A stretch of DNA of 62,479 nucleotides, counting the filler, from Globobulimina sp. (taxonomy: Eukaryota): assembly GCA_003354225.1 (NCBI GenBank). It is 34 parts of 34 records of this genome, joined end to end, with 100 filler letters (N's around TTAATTAATTAA, not from the genome) between each part and the next. Parts side by side here need not be neighbours in the genome. Positions count along the whole stretch, not along the records: positions 47,863 to 49,602 come from PIVH01012501.1; positions 49,703 to 51,442 come from PIVH01012502.1; positions 51,543 to 53,282 come from PIVH01012503.1; positions 53,383 to 55,122 come from PIVH01012504.1; positions 55,223 to 56,962 come from PIVH01012505.1; positions 57,063 to 58,801 come from PIVH01012506.1; 28 more parts are not named here. One strand, given 5' to 3'. Both the position numbers and the translations under genes were made by a program. This document shows, in pieces, positions 48,527 to 58,901 of the stretch; the stretch's first letter is position 1; each line of letters begins with the position of its first letter. The notes under the pieces were generated by a model. It made no database searches, was not told the origin of the DNA, and saw only the letters and a list, made by a program, of their open reading frames with translations.

Positions 48527-48817
48527 TTACATTACAAAAAACGGTTTGAGAATCAAATAGGCTCGAATTATTTCCATCTCATCAATAAAACCTTTTTGTA
48601 CCAATTCGTGTACAAACGGGGTTCGTCCTGATACCCACTGCTGACCTGGAACAGAAAGTGAAAAACGGGTGACTAGCTGCTCAAAAAATTGACGGTCTTC
48701 TTCAGTCAGGGTTGCTTTGTAGAAAGAATTGAATTCTGATTCAAGATTTTTATATCCCAGGGCATGACCGCCAATTAAAAAGTTCACCAAACGTGAAGCA
48801 AAGAATGTACCATTCAT
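48527..48817 (-). CDS. Small hypothetical protein downstream of the capsid gene
   Basis: Intronless 96-aa ORF co-oriented with the capsid gene. Confidence 0.5.
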   Translation of the reverse strand: MNGTFFASRLVNFLIGGHALGYKNLESEFNSFYKATLTEEDRQFFEQLVTRFSLSVPGQQWVSGRTPFVHELVQKGFIDEMEIIRAYLILKPFFVM

Positions 48818-48914
48818 GGTCAAGTAAATCCACTGTTATGAAAAACCAAGTTTCGATGGCTCTTTATAAGAAAGATTAGGATGCACCGTCAAAATCGATG
48901 CATATTTGATTCTC

Positions 48915-49602
48915 TCAAGGTGTAACATTTTCAAATTTGATTTGTCTAACATTACCACTTTCTAGTGCAAGCATTGTAAACTTGCGCTCATATTCCAGCA
49001 TGGCTAAAACTACTACATTGTCACTGGCCGGCTTACTAAAGTGTATCATAAGTTCACAGTTTCCGGTCCCTATTTTACCATACGGAACCAAAGAAGCATC
49101 GTGACCAGGACTAGTATCAAAAGCATATATTGCATATCCGCTGTCATAGTCTCGAAAGTCTATCGGTCCCACCTGAACATCGCCTAAACCCTGTCCCAGT
49201 TCTTTAAACAAGCCGTAATATGGCTGCGAGTATATTTCTTTCGCATAATCCATTTTATACCCACCACCCATAGGTTTATCAGCAGAATTTACTCGAACAA
49301 CCACATTGTCCACTTTAAAATTTCGGAATTTTAAACGATTTCTTGTCAGTTTTCCATTGTAGGCCACTTCCGAAACCAAAGCGACAATAACCCTTTTTGG
49401 CAAAACACCATTTGCTATAGTCGTTGGGCCAAAATAGCTTAGGTGTTTATCGTGGATCATATGAAGCACTTCTCTGTGCACATAAGGATAAATCGCCTTA
49501 GATACGGTGCTCTGTTTTGGTCGAATTCGTCCCACTTCAAGATTGGCGTCCACAATTTCAATAACATAATCTGGTAGAGCCGCGGGTGCCCCAGTTTTGT
49601 GG
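48915..49602 (-). CDS. Polinton/Maverick (adintovirus-like) double-jelly-roll major capsid protein, C-terminal part
   Basis: YVIEIVDANLEVGRI, LPKRVIVALVSEVAYNG...FRNF, YYGLF, DYDSGYAIYAFDTSP, GNCELMIHFSKP...VVLAMLEYE parallel the Polinton PY capsid pattern. Confidence 0.8.
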
Positions 49603-49702
49603 NNNNNNNNNNNNNNNNNNNNNNNNNNNNNNNNNNNNNNNNNNNNTTAATTAATTAANNNNNNNNNNNNNNNNNNNNNNNNNNNNNNNNNNNNNNNNNN
49701 NN

Positions 49703-49764
49703 ACAAGGGCGCGCCGATCGATGCGTTCTTTGAGGCAGTGCAGGTGAATGACGACAATGAGGTG
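49703..49764 (+). other. GC-rich tip resembling bacterial glycyl-tRNA synthetase beta subunit (probable chimeric join)
   Basis: Translates as APIDAFFEAVQVNDDNEV, like the GlyS C-terminal segment that precedes R.NRL; abrupt drop in GC afterwards. Confidence 0.55.
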
Positions 49765-51157
49765 GGTATTATAAAAAAAGCAAATGCGCCAAAAGAAAAA
49801 TGCAAAAATAAAAAAGCTGCATCATTATTCCACTATGAATGTAAATACCATTTCAACAAAGATGGATCAATATCTTTTTATCCGTGTCCCCATTTACAGA
49901 AAAAAGAAGATATTTGCACCAAAATACTTGCACAAACAAAATTATTGCAATCCACAAAACTCCAGGATATTCAGAGAAAAATTGGATTCAAAGAATTCGA
50001 AGCCGTCTATGATTTTGATGCTACGATTTGCGATGAAGATAACTCGAATATTTGTGCATTTGTGACCGGTGCTATTAAAGCATTTAACGAACACTATCCG
50101 TTCAAAATATCGCCAGGCAATATATTTTTATTGATATTACAAGCAATCGCCATTAATGTTGATCAAAATGCGGAAAAATTACGAAATAAATATGTAACAC
50201 ATGAGGGCAAAAAAGAATTAGTGATAGTGCGAGATTCGCGAAGTTTCATATTAATGCAACAAAAACGAGATAATAATTGGAATGGTGTGATTCAAGAATT
50301 TGTAGAAAAAATTAATAAAAATACGCTTGCTGATACAGTGGAATTAATGGAAGCAGATTTTTCTGACAGTACTTTAATTGATGCGATATCCAACAAAATC
50401 TGCGTAATGGATATCTGCAAAAATTATTTTCGTTATCGAGGATTTTGTGTTCCTGGATGTGGTTTTCCAAAGATTACTCTTTCAGGTTATTTGTGTATGA
50501 TTTTGGGTCTTCTTTAATTACATATAAATGGCAAATATTGTTACAGGAACAAAGGATGACTGGGTTAGATTGAAGGAGAAAGTCGTTATATTATTGAAAA
50601 AAAAGGTGACTAGAAAATTTGGTGAGATGTGGGGAAAATCATTGATTCCAATATTGGATCGGTTTATTAATGTTTATGATGGGAATATTGACTGTTTGTT
50701 TTGGAACAGTATGATCAAATCAGGTGTGACAGTTCATAAATTGCGAAGTAGTGCAGGTACTATAACAAGAAGAAATTATTGGTATACGGGATGGTTTAAT
50801 ATTTTGTTTCCGTTTATTTGTGATGGTGGTTATGAAGCAAATGGTGGTTATAAAGAAAATGAACAATGTAAACCATATTCGATGGATGACAATTATGTGA
50901 ATGGCGGGTTGCAAGACGCGGGGAAAGCTGGTAATGATATCGGTGTTTATCCACTTGGCTTAGCATCAGCTCCGGTTGATATGCTGTATGAAAATGCAAA
51001 TACGGGCAAAGAAACGGAATTGAAAATGAAATTTGTGGCTGGAATTATTGGCTATACGCAATGTGCAAAGACTTATGAAATTGAACCAGTGACTGGATGG
51101 ATAATTGGATATAATGAAGATGAACAAAAGAAAAAACAGAATAGATTGTATTGGTAA
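49765..51157 (+). CDS. DUF4419-family protein; intron 50486-50546
   Basis: AFNEHYPFKISP..IFLLILQ..NAEKLRNKYVTHEGKKEL; CGFPKITLS|GTKDDW; YTGWFNILFP; FVAGIIG. Confidence 0.8.
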
Positions 51158-51543
51158 TTTGTGTGGTTTAAGCTAATAATTGCTTTTTTTTTCTATTATA
51201 ATTGTGTTTTTTTCAGGTTAATTAAATTTTTACGATTACAAGAATTCCAATCTCTTTGACGAAAAGATTTATTTTTTAAAAAAGTTTTAGGATCGATTAT
51301 TAAGGAAGCACGGAATGAGACACTTACTTAAAAACGTTAAATAATAATATATGTTATTTATGAAATCTTTCGACTCTAATTCTTGGATAATTACATTGCA
51401 TATTTTGATCAAACTCAACAAATGATTCAGGTTTATTAAAATNNNNNNNNNNNNNNNNNNNNNNNNNNNNNNNNNNNNNNNNNNNNTTAATTAATTAANN
51501 NNNNNNNNNNNNNNNNNNNNNNNNNNNNNNNNNNNNNNNNNNT

Positions 51544-52854
51544 AATAAAGATGCAAATGATTCAAAAGAAATATGCATCCAACAACATGCCGATAACAAA
51601 AAACAAATTAAAATACCAACAATCGTCTCGATATCCGATATTATGAACAAATATCACTCAAAAAGAAACGAGTGGGATTTTGATATATTTGAATTTATGG
51701 ACGATCCAGCAATTAATGGCAACGGTTTCGTATATTTAAGTTTTTATTTATTTAAAACATGCAATTTATTGGAGATCACTAAAATCGACGAAACCAAATT
51801 ATATAATTTTTTAAGCGATGTATGCAATGCCTATCTGGATAATCCATATCATAATGCTTATCATGCCATGGATGTCTGTTTAACCACACATTTTATGTTC
51901 AAATCATCATTTTTGAGACAACATATGACTGCTTTTGATGAATTTGGAGCATACATAGCCTCATTATGTCACGATTTGGGTCATATGGGATATAATAATA
52001 ATTTCTATAAAAACACAGGACATAATCTAGCTTTATTATACAATGATAATTCAGTTTTAGAAAATTATCACATTGCAGAAACGTTTCGGGTTCTAAGCAA
52101 AAATGAAAACAATTGGATGCATTCCTTTCCGTTATCAATTAAGAGATATTTAGCAAATATTCTCAGACAGACAATATTGTCCACAGATATGGCGTTGCAT
52201 AATGACAAAATTAAACAATTGCAAGATATGGTAAATATTTATAAAAAACAAGTGATAAATGATGCAAATAATACGATGGCCGATCAACAAAGACAATTGA
52301 TTGCAAATAATATTAGATTATGGAGATGTGAATCTATTGCATCCTATGCAAGTTTACAAAATATTATATTTGATGGATATAAGCTGTTTGCAAATGATAA
52401 TGATAATGATAAGAGCATTACTGATGTAATTATTAAAAATGATGGTAATTCACGCATTGTTGGAGTGAACGATGAGAGAATATTTATTTTAGAGATTACA
52501 GTGCATTTATGTGATATTTCTAATCCATGCAAACCAATCAATTTGGCTAAAAAATGGGCAAATAAATATTTAAACGAAGCTTTTAAACAAGGTGATGATG
52601 AGAAAAAAATTGGCATTCCGATATCAATGGGAATGGATAAATTAACAACAACTTTGGCAAAATCACAGCTTGCTTTTATCAATTTTGTTGTTAAAAAAGG
52701 ATATATGCTCTATCAAGAATTATTTGATTGCATTGATGATGTCGTTAAAACTTTAAATAAAAATGAAAAATATTGGATGAAACAAGACACAATCAATAAT
52801 TTGAATATTAATGATAAAAAGGAAGCATTGCCACCATTGACTGATGATTTGTGA
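51544..52854 (+). CDS. Class I cyclic-nucleotide phosphodiesterase catalytic domain; 5'-partial
   Basis: NPYHNAYHAMDV, HDLGHMGYNN, SVLENYH, TDM, DISNP, QGDDEK, SQLAFI. Confidence 0.95.
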   Translation, partial: NKDANDSKEICIQQHADNKKQIKIPTIVSISDIMNKYHSKRNEWDFDIFEFMDDPAINGNGFVYLSFYLFKTCNLLEITKIDETKLYNFLSDVCNAYLDNPYHNAYHAMDVCLTTHFMFKSSFLRQHMTAFDEFGAYIASLCHDLGHMGYNNNFYKNTGHNLALLYNDNSVLENYHIAETFRVLSKNENNWMHSFPLSIKRYLANILRQTILSTDMALHNDKIKQLQDMVNIYKKQVINDANNTMADQQRQLIANNIRLWRCESIASYASLQNIIFDGYKLFANDNDNDKSITDVIIKNDGNSRIVGVNDERIFILEITVHLCDISNPCKPINLAKKWANKYLNEAFKQGDDEKKIGIPISMGMDKLTTTLAKSQLAFINFVVKKGYMLYQELFDCIDDVVKTLNKNEKYWMKQDTINNLNINDKKEALPPLTDDL

Positions 52855-52985
52855 GCGTTGTATGTTTTGTTGTTGCTCGTGTTTAGGCGGCCCTATATTT
52901 ACTCGCAAAAAACCTTTAATTTAAACATTTATTTTGAAGTGGTTTGTCAACTATTTCTACATCAAACTGTTTCTTTGAGATTGCG

Positions 52986-53282
52986 ATGTCTCATTCTCCG
53001 TCTCCAGAGCCACCAGAACAAGAACCACAACAACCACCAAAAGAAGAGAAAGAACAAGACGCAGAATCAACATTAACCACTAATAAAACTAGCAACCCAC
53101 CATCACCACTCATTGCACTCGGAACAGACAACAGCAACAATAACAACATTGCAGCCCCCACGCCCCGATTAGTTTTAACCCAAATAGAATTAGAAAATTT
53201 CAAATCCTATTACGGCCGCCGCATAATTGGCCCCTTCCACAAAAGATTCTCGTCCATAGTCGGGCCAAATGGCAGCGGCAAA
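52986..53282 (+). CDS. SMC4: Condensin subunit SMC4, N-terminal fragment
   Basis: [39 protein letters not shown]. Confidence 0.9.
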
Positions 53283-53397
53283 NNNNNNNNNNNNNNNNNN
53301 NNNNNNNNNNNNNNNNNNNNNNNNNNTTAATTAATTAANNNNNNNNNNNNNNNNNNNNNNNNNNNNNNNNNNNNNNNNNNNNATCTAATTTACAATG

Positions 53398-53437
53398 TTT
53401 GACGTTTCGACCCCATAAAGGAGGTCTTCATCAGAAA
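53398..53437 (-). ncRNA. Minimal type I hammerhead ribozyme motif of the Penelope-like-element class
   Basis: Minus strand reads UUU-CUGAUGA-A-GACCUC-cuuuau-GGGGUC-GAAA-CG-UC-AAA. Confidence 0.7.
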
Positions 53438-53522
53438 GAGGTAAATTTAAAAACTGTTTGTAAAAACAATTATAAATATCTTAGTTTCAAATGAAATATT
53501 TGATGAGATATCTCAATCATTA

Positions 53523-54977
53523 TTGAAAAAGGATGAGCAGATTAAAGACAGTATTTCCATAAATTCACAGGTTGATATCAATCAAAGTCAACGTAATAAT
53601 ATTATCGAAATGTCAAACGATTCATTGATTCACACATTTCAATATCTAGATATTAACGATATTTATCAAGTGGATAAAACCTGTCGTTTATTCTGTAGCA
53701 TTAGCCGTGACCCAAATAGTTTGCACGCCATTTGTTTTGCATTTGAAAATGAGCCAAATTATCGGATATTTGCGCATTTTAATCATGCCCGATATTCAAG
53801 GATAAAATCATTGCATTGGCAGCGGCCGCAGCACCATGAAAGAGACAAAGATTATATTGACAATGTGATGGATTTATTGCCAACATTTAACAATCTTCAA
53901 TTTGTTCGTTATAACAACTATTTTTACGTCATTTCGAATATTTTGAACTCGCTCAATAAGTTTACAATCCTTTCAAGTTTAGAGTTCATTCAACTTAATA
54001 ATGTGGAGGGTGTGGGTGTATTGGATGTAATTGTAAAATGTGATAATCTCAAAACTTTAATTTTGGCGGACGTTTTTGATGGCAAGCAACTCTTAAATAA
54101 AATCAAGGAATGGGAATTATGGGATTCTAAGCAAAGAAAGCAGCCATTTCCATATTTAAGAAAATTAACAATTGATCGGTGGAGCACACGGTCATATGTT
54201 GTCCAATTATTTTTTTATTGGATTTTAGCGCATGGACATTGTCAAAAAACATTTGTTGTTATGGATCATTATGACATTGATAATTCTAACCTTCCTGATT
54301 TTTTTGCTGCAAACACCAGTGATGAGTTTGAGTATAATCTGCAGAAAAATGCTTTGATGAATATTTGTGAATTGGTATTAGGAGTTTATGACTTTTATTT
54401 AGTAAATAATATCTCAAAATGGATTGACACTTGCAATAAAATAAAATTTACCCGATTCATAGTGGATTGTATGAATGTTTATTCACTCGGAATGGCAGGA
54501 AAAACCTCAACAGAATTGATACAGCCATTACATAATATTGTCTCTGTCAGTCAACATTCATCGTTTTGTTGGTCTCCAACTTTTGTTCATATTACACAAT
54601 ATGTGGAAGAATATATTGGATGGATTACATTTCGGAGTATCAATATTAATGATCATAAATGGATTATTCATGATTGGCCTCTTCAAATGTTATCAGCAGC
54701 ATCGAGTGACGCGTTGTTTGATGATATCACATTGACATTGGCTCATGATATCCGACATGAATATTCGACACCGTATCGATTATTTGAATTAGCAATCGAA
54801 CCTTGGTTGAAATTAAAGCAATCATCAAAGGTTAAAGGATCTGTCAAATATGAATACATTGGTGAGAGCCAGAAGGATGTCCAAGAGTTCCGACGTTTGT
54901 GTTGTGATATAAATGATGAAGTAAAAATCGAATACAATGTAAATAATAAGAGATTAAAAATTCAATTTATTCTGTAA
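53523..54977 (+). CDS. F-box protein with degenerate LRR-like region
   Basis: IIEMSNDSLIHTFQYLDINDIYQVDKTCRLFCSI (F-box); LxxL repeats follow. Confidence 0.75.
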   Translation: MKKDEQIKDSISINSQVDINQSQRNNIIEMSNDSLIHTFQYLDINDIYQVDKTCRLFCSISRDPNSLHAICFAFENEPNYRIFAHFNHARYSRIKSLHWQRPQHHERDKDYIDNVMDLLPTFNNLQFVRYNNYFYVISNILNSLNKFTILSSLEFIQLNNVEGVGVLDVIVKCDNLKTLILADVFDGKQLLNKIKEWELWDSKQRKQPFPYLRKLTIDRWSTRSYVVQLFFYWILAHGHCQKTFVVMDHYDIDNSNLPDFFAANTSDEFEYNLQKNALMNICELVLGVYDFYLVNNISKWIDTCNKIKFTRFIVDCMNVYSLGMAGKTSTELIQPLHNIVSVSQHSSFCWSPTFVHITQYVEEYIGWITFRSININDHKWIIHDWPLQMLSAASSDALFDDITLTLAHDIRHEYSTPYRLFELAIEPWLKLKQSSKVKGSVKYEYIGESQKDVQEFRRLCCDINDEVKIEYNVNNKRLKIQFIL

Positions 54978-55396
54978 AATGAATTTAAATAATTTTAATA
55001 TTGCAATCACATTTATTTTGAATGACTTGTGTTGTGTGCCTCTCATATATATCGATATCCTAATACTCCGTAACCATAATCATAATTCTATATTAATTGT
55101 TCTATTATTATATTAGTTTATTNNNNNNNNNNNNNNNNNNNNNNNNNNNNNNNNNNNNNNNNNNNNTTAATTAATTAANNNNNNNNNNNNNNNNNNNNNN
55201 NNNNNNNNNNNNNNNNNNNNNNATCAAGACATTGCTTTGCATGTTTTAGCAAAATGTGGTATCAAATCAAAACTGTAATTGGTGTTTGTGTGTATTAATT
55301 GTTTCACACATGTTTCAATTATGATGTATGACACAAACAGCATATCTGGCATGCAATCCTCGCACACATGTTTTGAACAAGATATTTAGTATAAAC

Positions 55397-56503
55397 TTAT
55401 ATCATTTCCCATGGAGGAATAAACTTAATTTCTTTTTTTTTGCTTACATTCTTGTGTTTCTTTTTTTTGCTTGATTTGACAACATTTGACAAAACCAAAT
55501 GTTCTTTTATTCCTTGCGTTTCATCGATGGACATCATAATTGGTGACAATGGATCATCCTTAAAAGTATTTTTATTTTTGTCATTACTTATATCTCCATC
55601 TGGTGATGCATTATAATTGCATGAATTGAATGAATTTGATAATTGTTCATTATCGATATCAGAATTATAAGAATCTGATATTACAACACTTTCTTTCCTT
55701 TCCTTAATAGTTTTAAGTCCATTCAAATTTAAAAATGAGTCTTTCATTGCTTTGTTATTTATATTATTTTCTTTCAGTGTCTGTTTAATGTGTAATTGCG
55801 ACGATTTCTCATCCGTTTGAATGCAGTCTTTTTCATTTGGAAATAAATCAATATCAAAGCCTGGAGTCTCAACAAAAATTACATCTTCAATGGTTGTTTG
55901 TATTTGTGCTTTTTTCTTGTTTGAATTCTTATTTTTCTTGCTCATTTTTGAAATTTTTGGTGAAATATTTGTTTTACGTTTTTTTGATGGTATCATATGA
56001 TATGAAATATTAATGGCATCATCGTCTGAATTGTTTCTTGACCTTTTTTTATTATTTTTATTCATATTTAATATATTTTGCCATTGTTTTTGTTGTCTTT
56101 CTTTTGCTTTTTTCTGTTGAATGCAAATTGTTGAATGTTTATTACATGGTGTTTCTGAATCAAATGTTTTATTACAAGTTTGACATTTATATGTTTTGAT
56201 TGTTTCTGTATTTGAACAACATAAATTGCAGTGAACTTCCAATGCTTTAAATGTATCACATATTTCATTGCAGAATGGACATTTATGTACGCATTGTTTG
56301 ATTTGTTTTGGAATATTTTCTTTATTGGTTGCAATTGATGGCGGTAGAATATCACTATGTAATTGCTTAATATTATTTGTATTATGCTTGGTATCAATAT
56401 CACCATTGTCATTTTTTATCCATTCATCAAAATCAAAGCCATCTAATGCATTGTCATCGACCTCTTCTTTCCAGTCCAGCTCCAAAGACATGTTCAAGTC
56501 CAT
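55397..56503 (-). CDS. Zinc-finger (UBZ/C2HC-like) protein with basic low-complexity region
   Basis: CPFCNEICDTFKALEVHCNLC and CQTC...HSTIC; NLS-like PSKKRK. Confidence 0.6.
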   Translation of the reverse strand: MDLNMSLELDWKEEVDDNALDGFDFDEWIKNDNGDIDTKHNTNNIKQLHSDILPPSIATNKENIPKQIKQCVHKCPFCNEICDTFKALEVHCNLCCSNTETIKTYKCQTCNKTFDSETPCNKHSTICIQQKKAKERQQKQWQNILNMNKNNKKRSRNNSDDDAINISYHMIPSKKRKTNISPKISKMSKKNKNSNKKKAQIQTTIEDVIFVETPGFDIDLFPNEKDCIQTDEKSSQLHIKQTLKENNINNKAMKDSFLNLNGLKTIKERKESVVISDSYNSDIDNEQLSNSFNSCNYNASPDGDISNDKNKNTFKDDPLSPIMMSIDETQGIKEHLVLSNVVKSSKKKKHKNVSKKKEIKFIPPWEMI

Positions 56504-56752
56504 TGTTGTTCACTAATTATCAGCAGTTCAAAAACATTCATTTTGTTTAAAATCATTCATTTGTAGCTGAAATAGTTGATATATATTGATTATGAAATTG
56601 CCGAATATAGCTATATTATACTCAAGAATAGCTCATAATTGAAATTCACCGGAAAGTTTAACGTTTAGTGTTTACTATTAATAAAGACGCTGTATTAACT
56701 ATTAAATTCTATCATTAATAAATTTGTAAACAATTAATTTTAACTGCAACAA

Positions 56753-56962
56753 ATGGCACAGGAAAATAAGATTTCATTGATAATAAAGACAACATCCGGC
56801 GAGAAACATAATGTTCAAATATCAGGGGACAGCACTGTCTTGCAATTAAAGCAAGCAATAACAAATATTGGTAACATTGATCCATCAGAACAAAGATTAA
56901 TTTTTAAAGGTAAAATATTAGAAAATGAGCGAAAAATCTGTCAATCGCCGTATAATATCAAA
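56753..56962 (+). CDS. Ubiquitin-like domain protein (ubiquilin/BAG6-type N-terminus); 3'-partial
   Basis: TVLQLKQAI...IDPSEQRLIFKGKILE. Confidence 0.88.
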
Positions 56963-57117
56963 NNNNNNNNNNNNNNNNNNNNNNNNNNNNNNNNNNNNNN
57001 NNNNNNTTAATTAATTAANNNNNNNNNNNNNNNNNNNNNNNNNNNNNNNNNNNNNNNNNNNNGGTCATTATTTGATGACTAGCTTACTTTGTGGCAGTAA
57101 AATAAAAAAACTTCAAC

Positions 57118-58197
57118 ATGTTAACCAAATTTGCTGTCCGTTCAAGATTACCATTATGTCGGAATATGTTGTCATTATCAACATATTCACTGGCAAGTTT
57201 AGCTGCAGATACAAAAATGTTTTCATTAAAGGAAATTGAAGAATGTGTGCGAGATAAGAGTATGCTCATTGATTCGATGGAGGATGCATTCATATCCTAC
57301 ACTGCAAAGAAAGTGTATTGTGCGCCGGTATTGCATTTTGGTGGGGAAGAAGCGAGATTTATTGGTGAAGGCGAATGTGTGCTAAAATCCGGATATATAA
57401 TAGATGACAAATACTATATAGTTAAAGTAGCGGGCGGCTCCTTTGCAGGACAGACAACATCGACTGGTGTCATGTTGGTCTTTTCGCAGATAACTGGCTC
57501 ATTGTTAGGTATATTATTGGATGAAGGAGTTTTGACAGAATTGCGAACCGCGGCGGCATGCTCCTTATCAGCTAAATATTTCGCACCAGGAAAGGTTGAG
57601 TATATTGGTATTGTTGGTACTGGCATTCAGGCGAGATATCAGTTGGAAATGTTGAAACATATCACACCATCAATAAATTGCAAAAATGTTATTGTTTATG
57701 GGCGAAATGAAAATAAATTGAAAATGTTTGAAAATGAGATGCAAAATGAATGGAATATATCCACCACAAATGATTTATGTGACATTGGCAAATATTGCAA
57801 TTTAATTATAACTGCGACAACATCCAAAGAGCCATTGTTATTTTGGGATGAACATATTTTGAAAAATGAGAATTCGAATGGCATTCATATAATATGTATG
57901 GGAGCAGATACAAAAAATAAACAAGAATTGGATGAAAATCTGATAAAAAATGCAAATTTATTGATTGCAGATAGTATTGAACAATGTTGCGAATTTGGTG
58001 AGTTTCAACATTGTTATCAGAAAAATGTAATTTCAAAAGAATCCATCTATGAAATTGAAGATTTATTACAAAATAAAAGGGAATTATGTCGGAATCAGCA
58101 TGGTAATGATGAAAGAATAACAATATTTGATTCGACAGGTGTTGCTGTTCAAGATATTGTCATTGCTAAAATGGTTTATCAAAAATTAATTCAATAA
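57118..58197 (+). CDS. Ornithine cyclodeaminase/mu-crystallin family protein with putative mitochondrial presequence
   Basis: LTELRTAAA, GIVGTGIQAR, ITATTSKEP, MGAD..KQEL, FDSTGVAVQD. Confidence 0.92.
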   Translation: MLTKFAVRSRLPLCRNMLSLSTYSLASLAADTKMFSLKEIEECVRDKSMLIDSMEDAFISYTAKKVYCAPVLHFGGEEARFIGEGECVLKSGYIIDDKYYIVKVAGGSFAGQTTSTGVMLVFSQITGSLLGILLDEGVLTELRTAAACSLSAKYFAPGKVEYIGIVGTGIQARYQLEMLKHITPSINCKNVIVYGRNENKLKMFENEMQNEWNISTTNDLCDIGKYCNLIITATTSKEPLLFWDEHILKNENSNGIHIICMGADTKNKQELDENLIKNANLLIADSIEQCCEFGEFQHCYQKNVISKESIYEIEDLLQNKRELCRNQHGNDERITIFDSTGVAVQDIVIAKMVYQKLIQ

Positions 58198-58273
58198 ACC
58201 ATTGTTTTGATTAAAGTTTTCGGTTTCCTAATAAAAAAACTTTATCTTTGTGTGAAAATCAGCGCACTTGCTA

Positions 58274-58801
58274 ATGGCAACTGAATATGCAAGCACTGGT
58301 GGCTATGGCATCAAGTATATGACACCCACATTGATTGCAAAACAAGCAAATATTGACGATATGAAACAAATTTCAAATATTACAGATTTAGACCTATCAT
58401 TTAAACATTCTGACGAACACAAAATCGAGAAATTAGAATACCTCGATCGTTGCAAATCGCTCAAACGATTAATTGCGTGCTCACAATCATTAAATAAAAT
58501 GAGTGGAATTCAAAAACTATCCCATTTAATACAGCTTGATTTATCTGGTAACAAAATCACCAAAATCGAACATATTAAAAATCTGAAATTGTTACAAAAA
58601 TTAGACTTATCCTTCAATTCAATCACCAATATCCCCTCAACCATGTCCTATTTGTCTCAACTAATAAACCTAAACATTTCCCGCAATAAAATACAAAATG
58701 TTTTGTTCCATATATATGTATATAAAATCCATTTTATTTTGTTTTTGCAAATCCATATTTAGATTCGGGATGTTTTAAACCTTCGCCAATGTTGCAATCT
58801 G
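58274..58801 (+). CDS. SDS22-type leucine-rich repeat protein; 3'-partial
   Basis: LIQLDLSGNKITKIEHIKNLKLLQKLDLSFNSI. Confidence 0.85.
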
Positions 58802-58901
58802 NNNNNNNNNNNNNNNNNNNNNNNNNNNNNNNNNNNNNNNNNNNNTTAATTAATTAANNNNNNNNNNNNNNNNNNNNNNNNNNNNNNNNNNNNNNNNNNN
58901 N

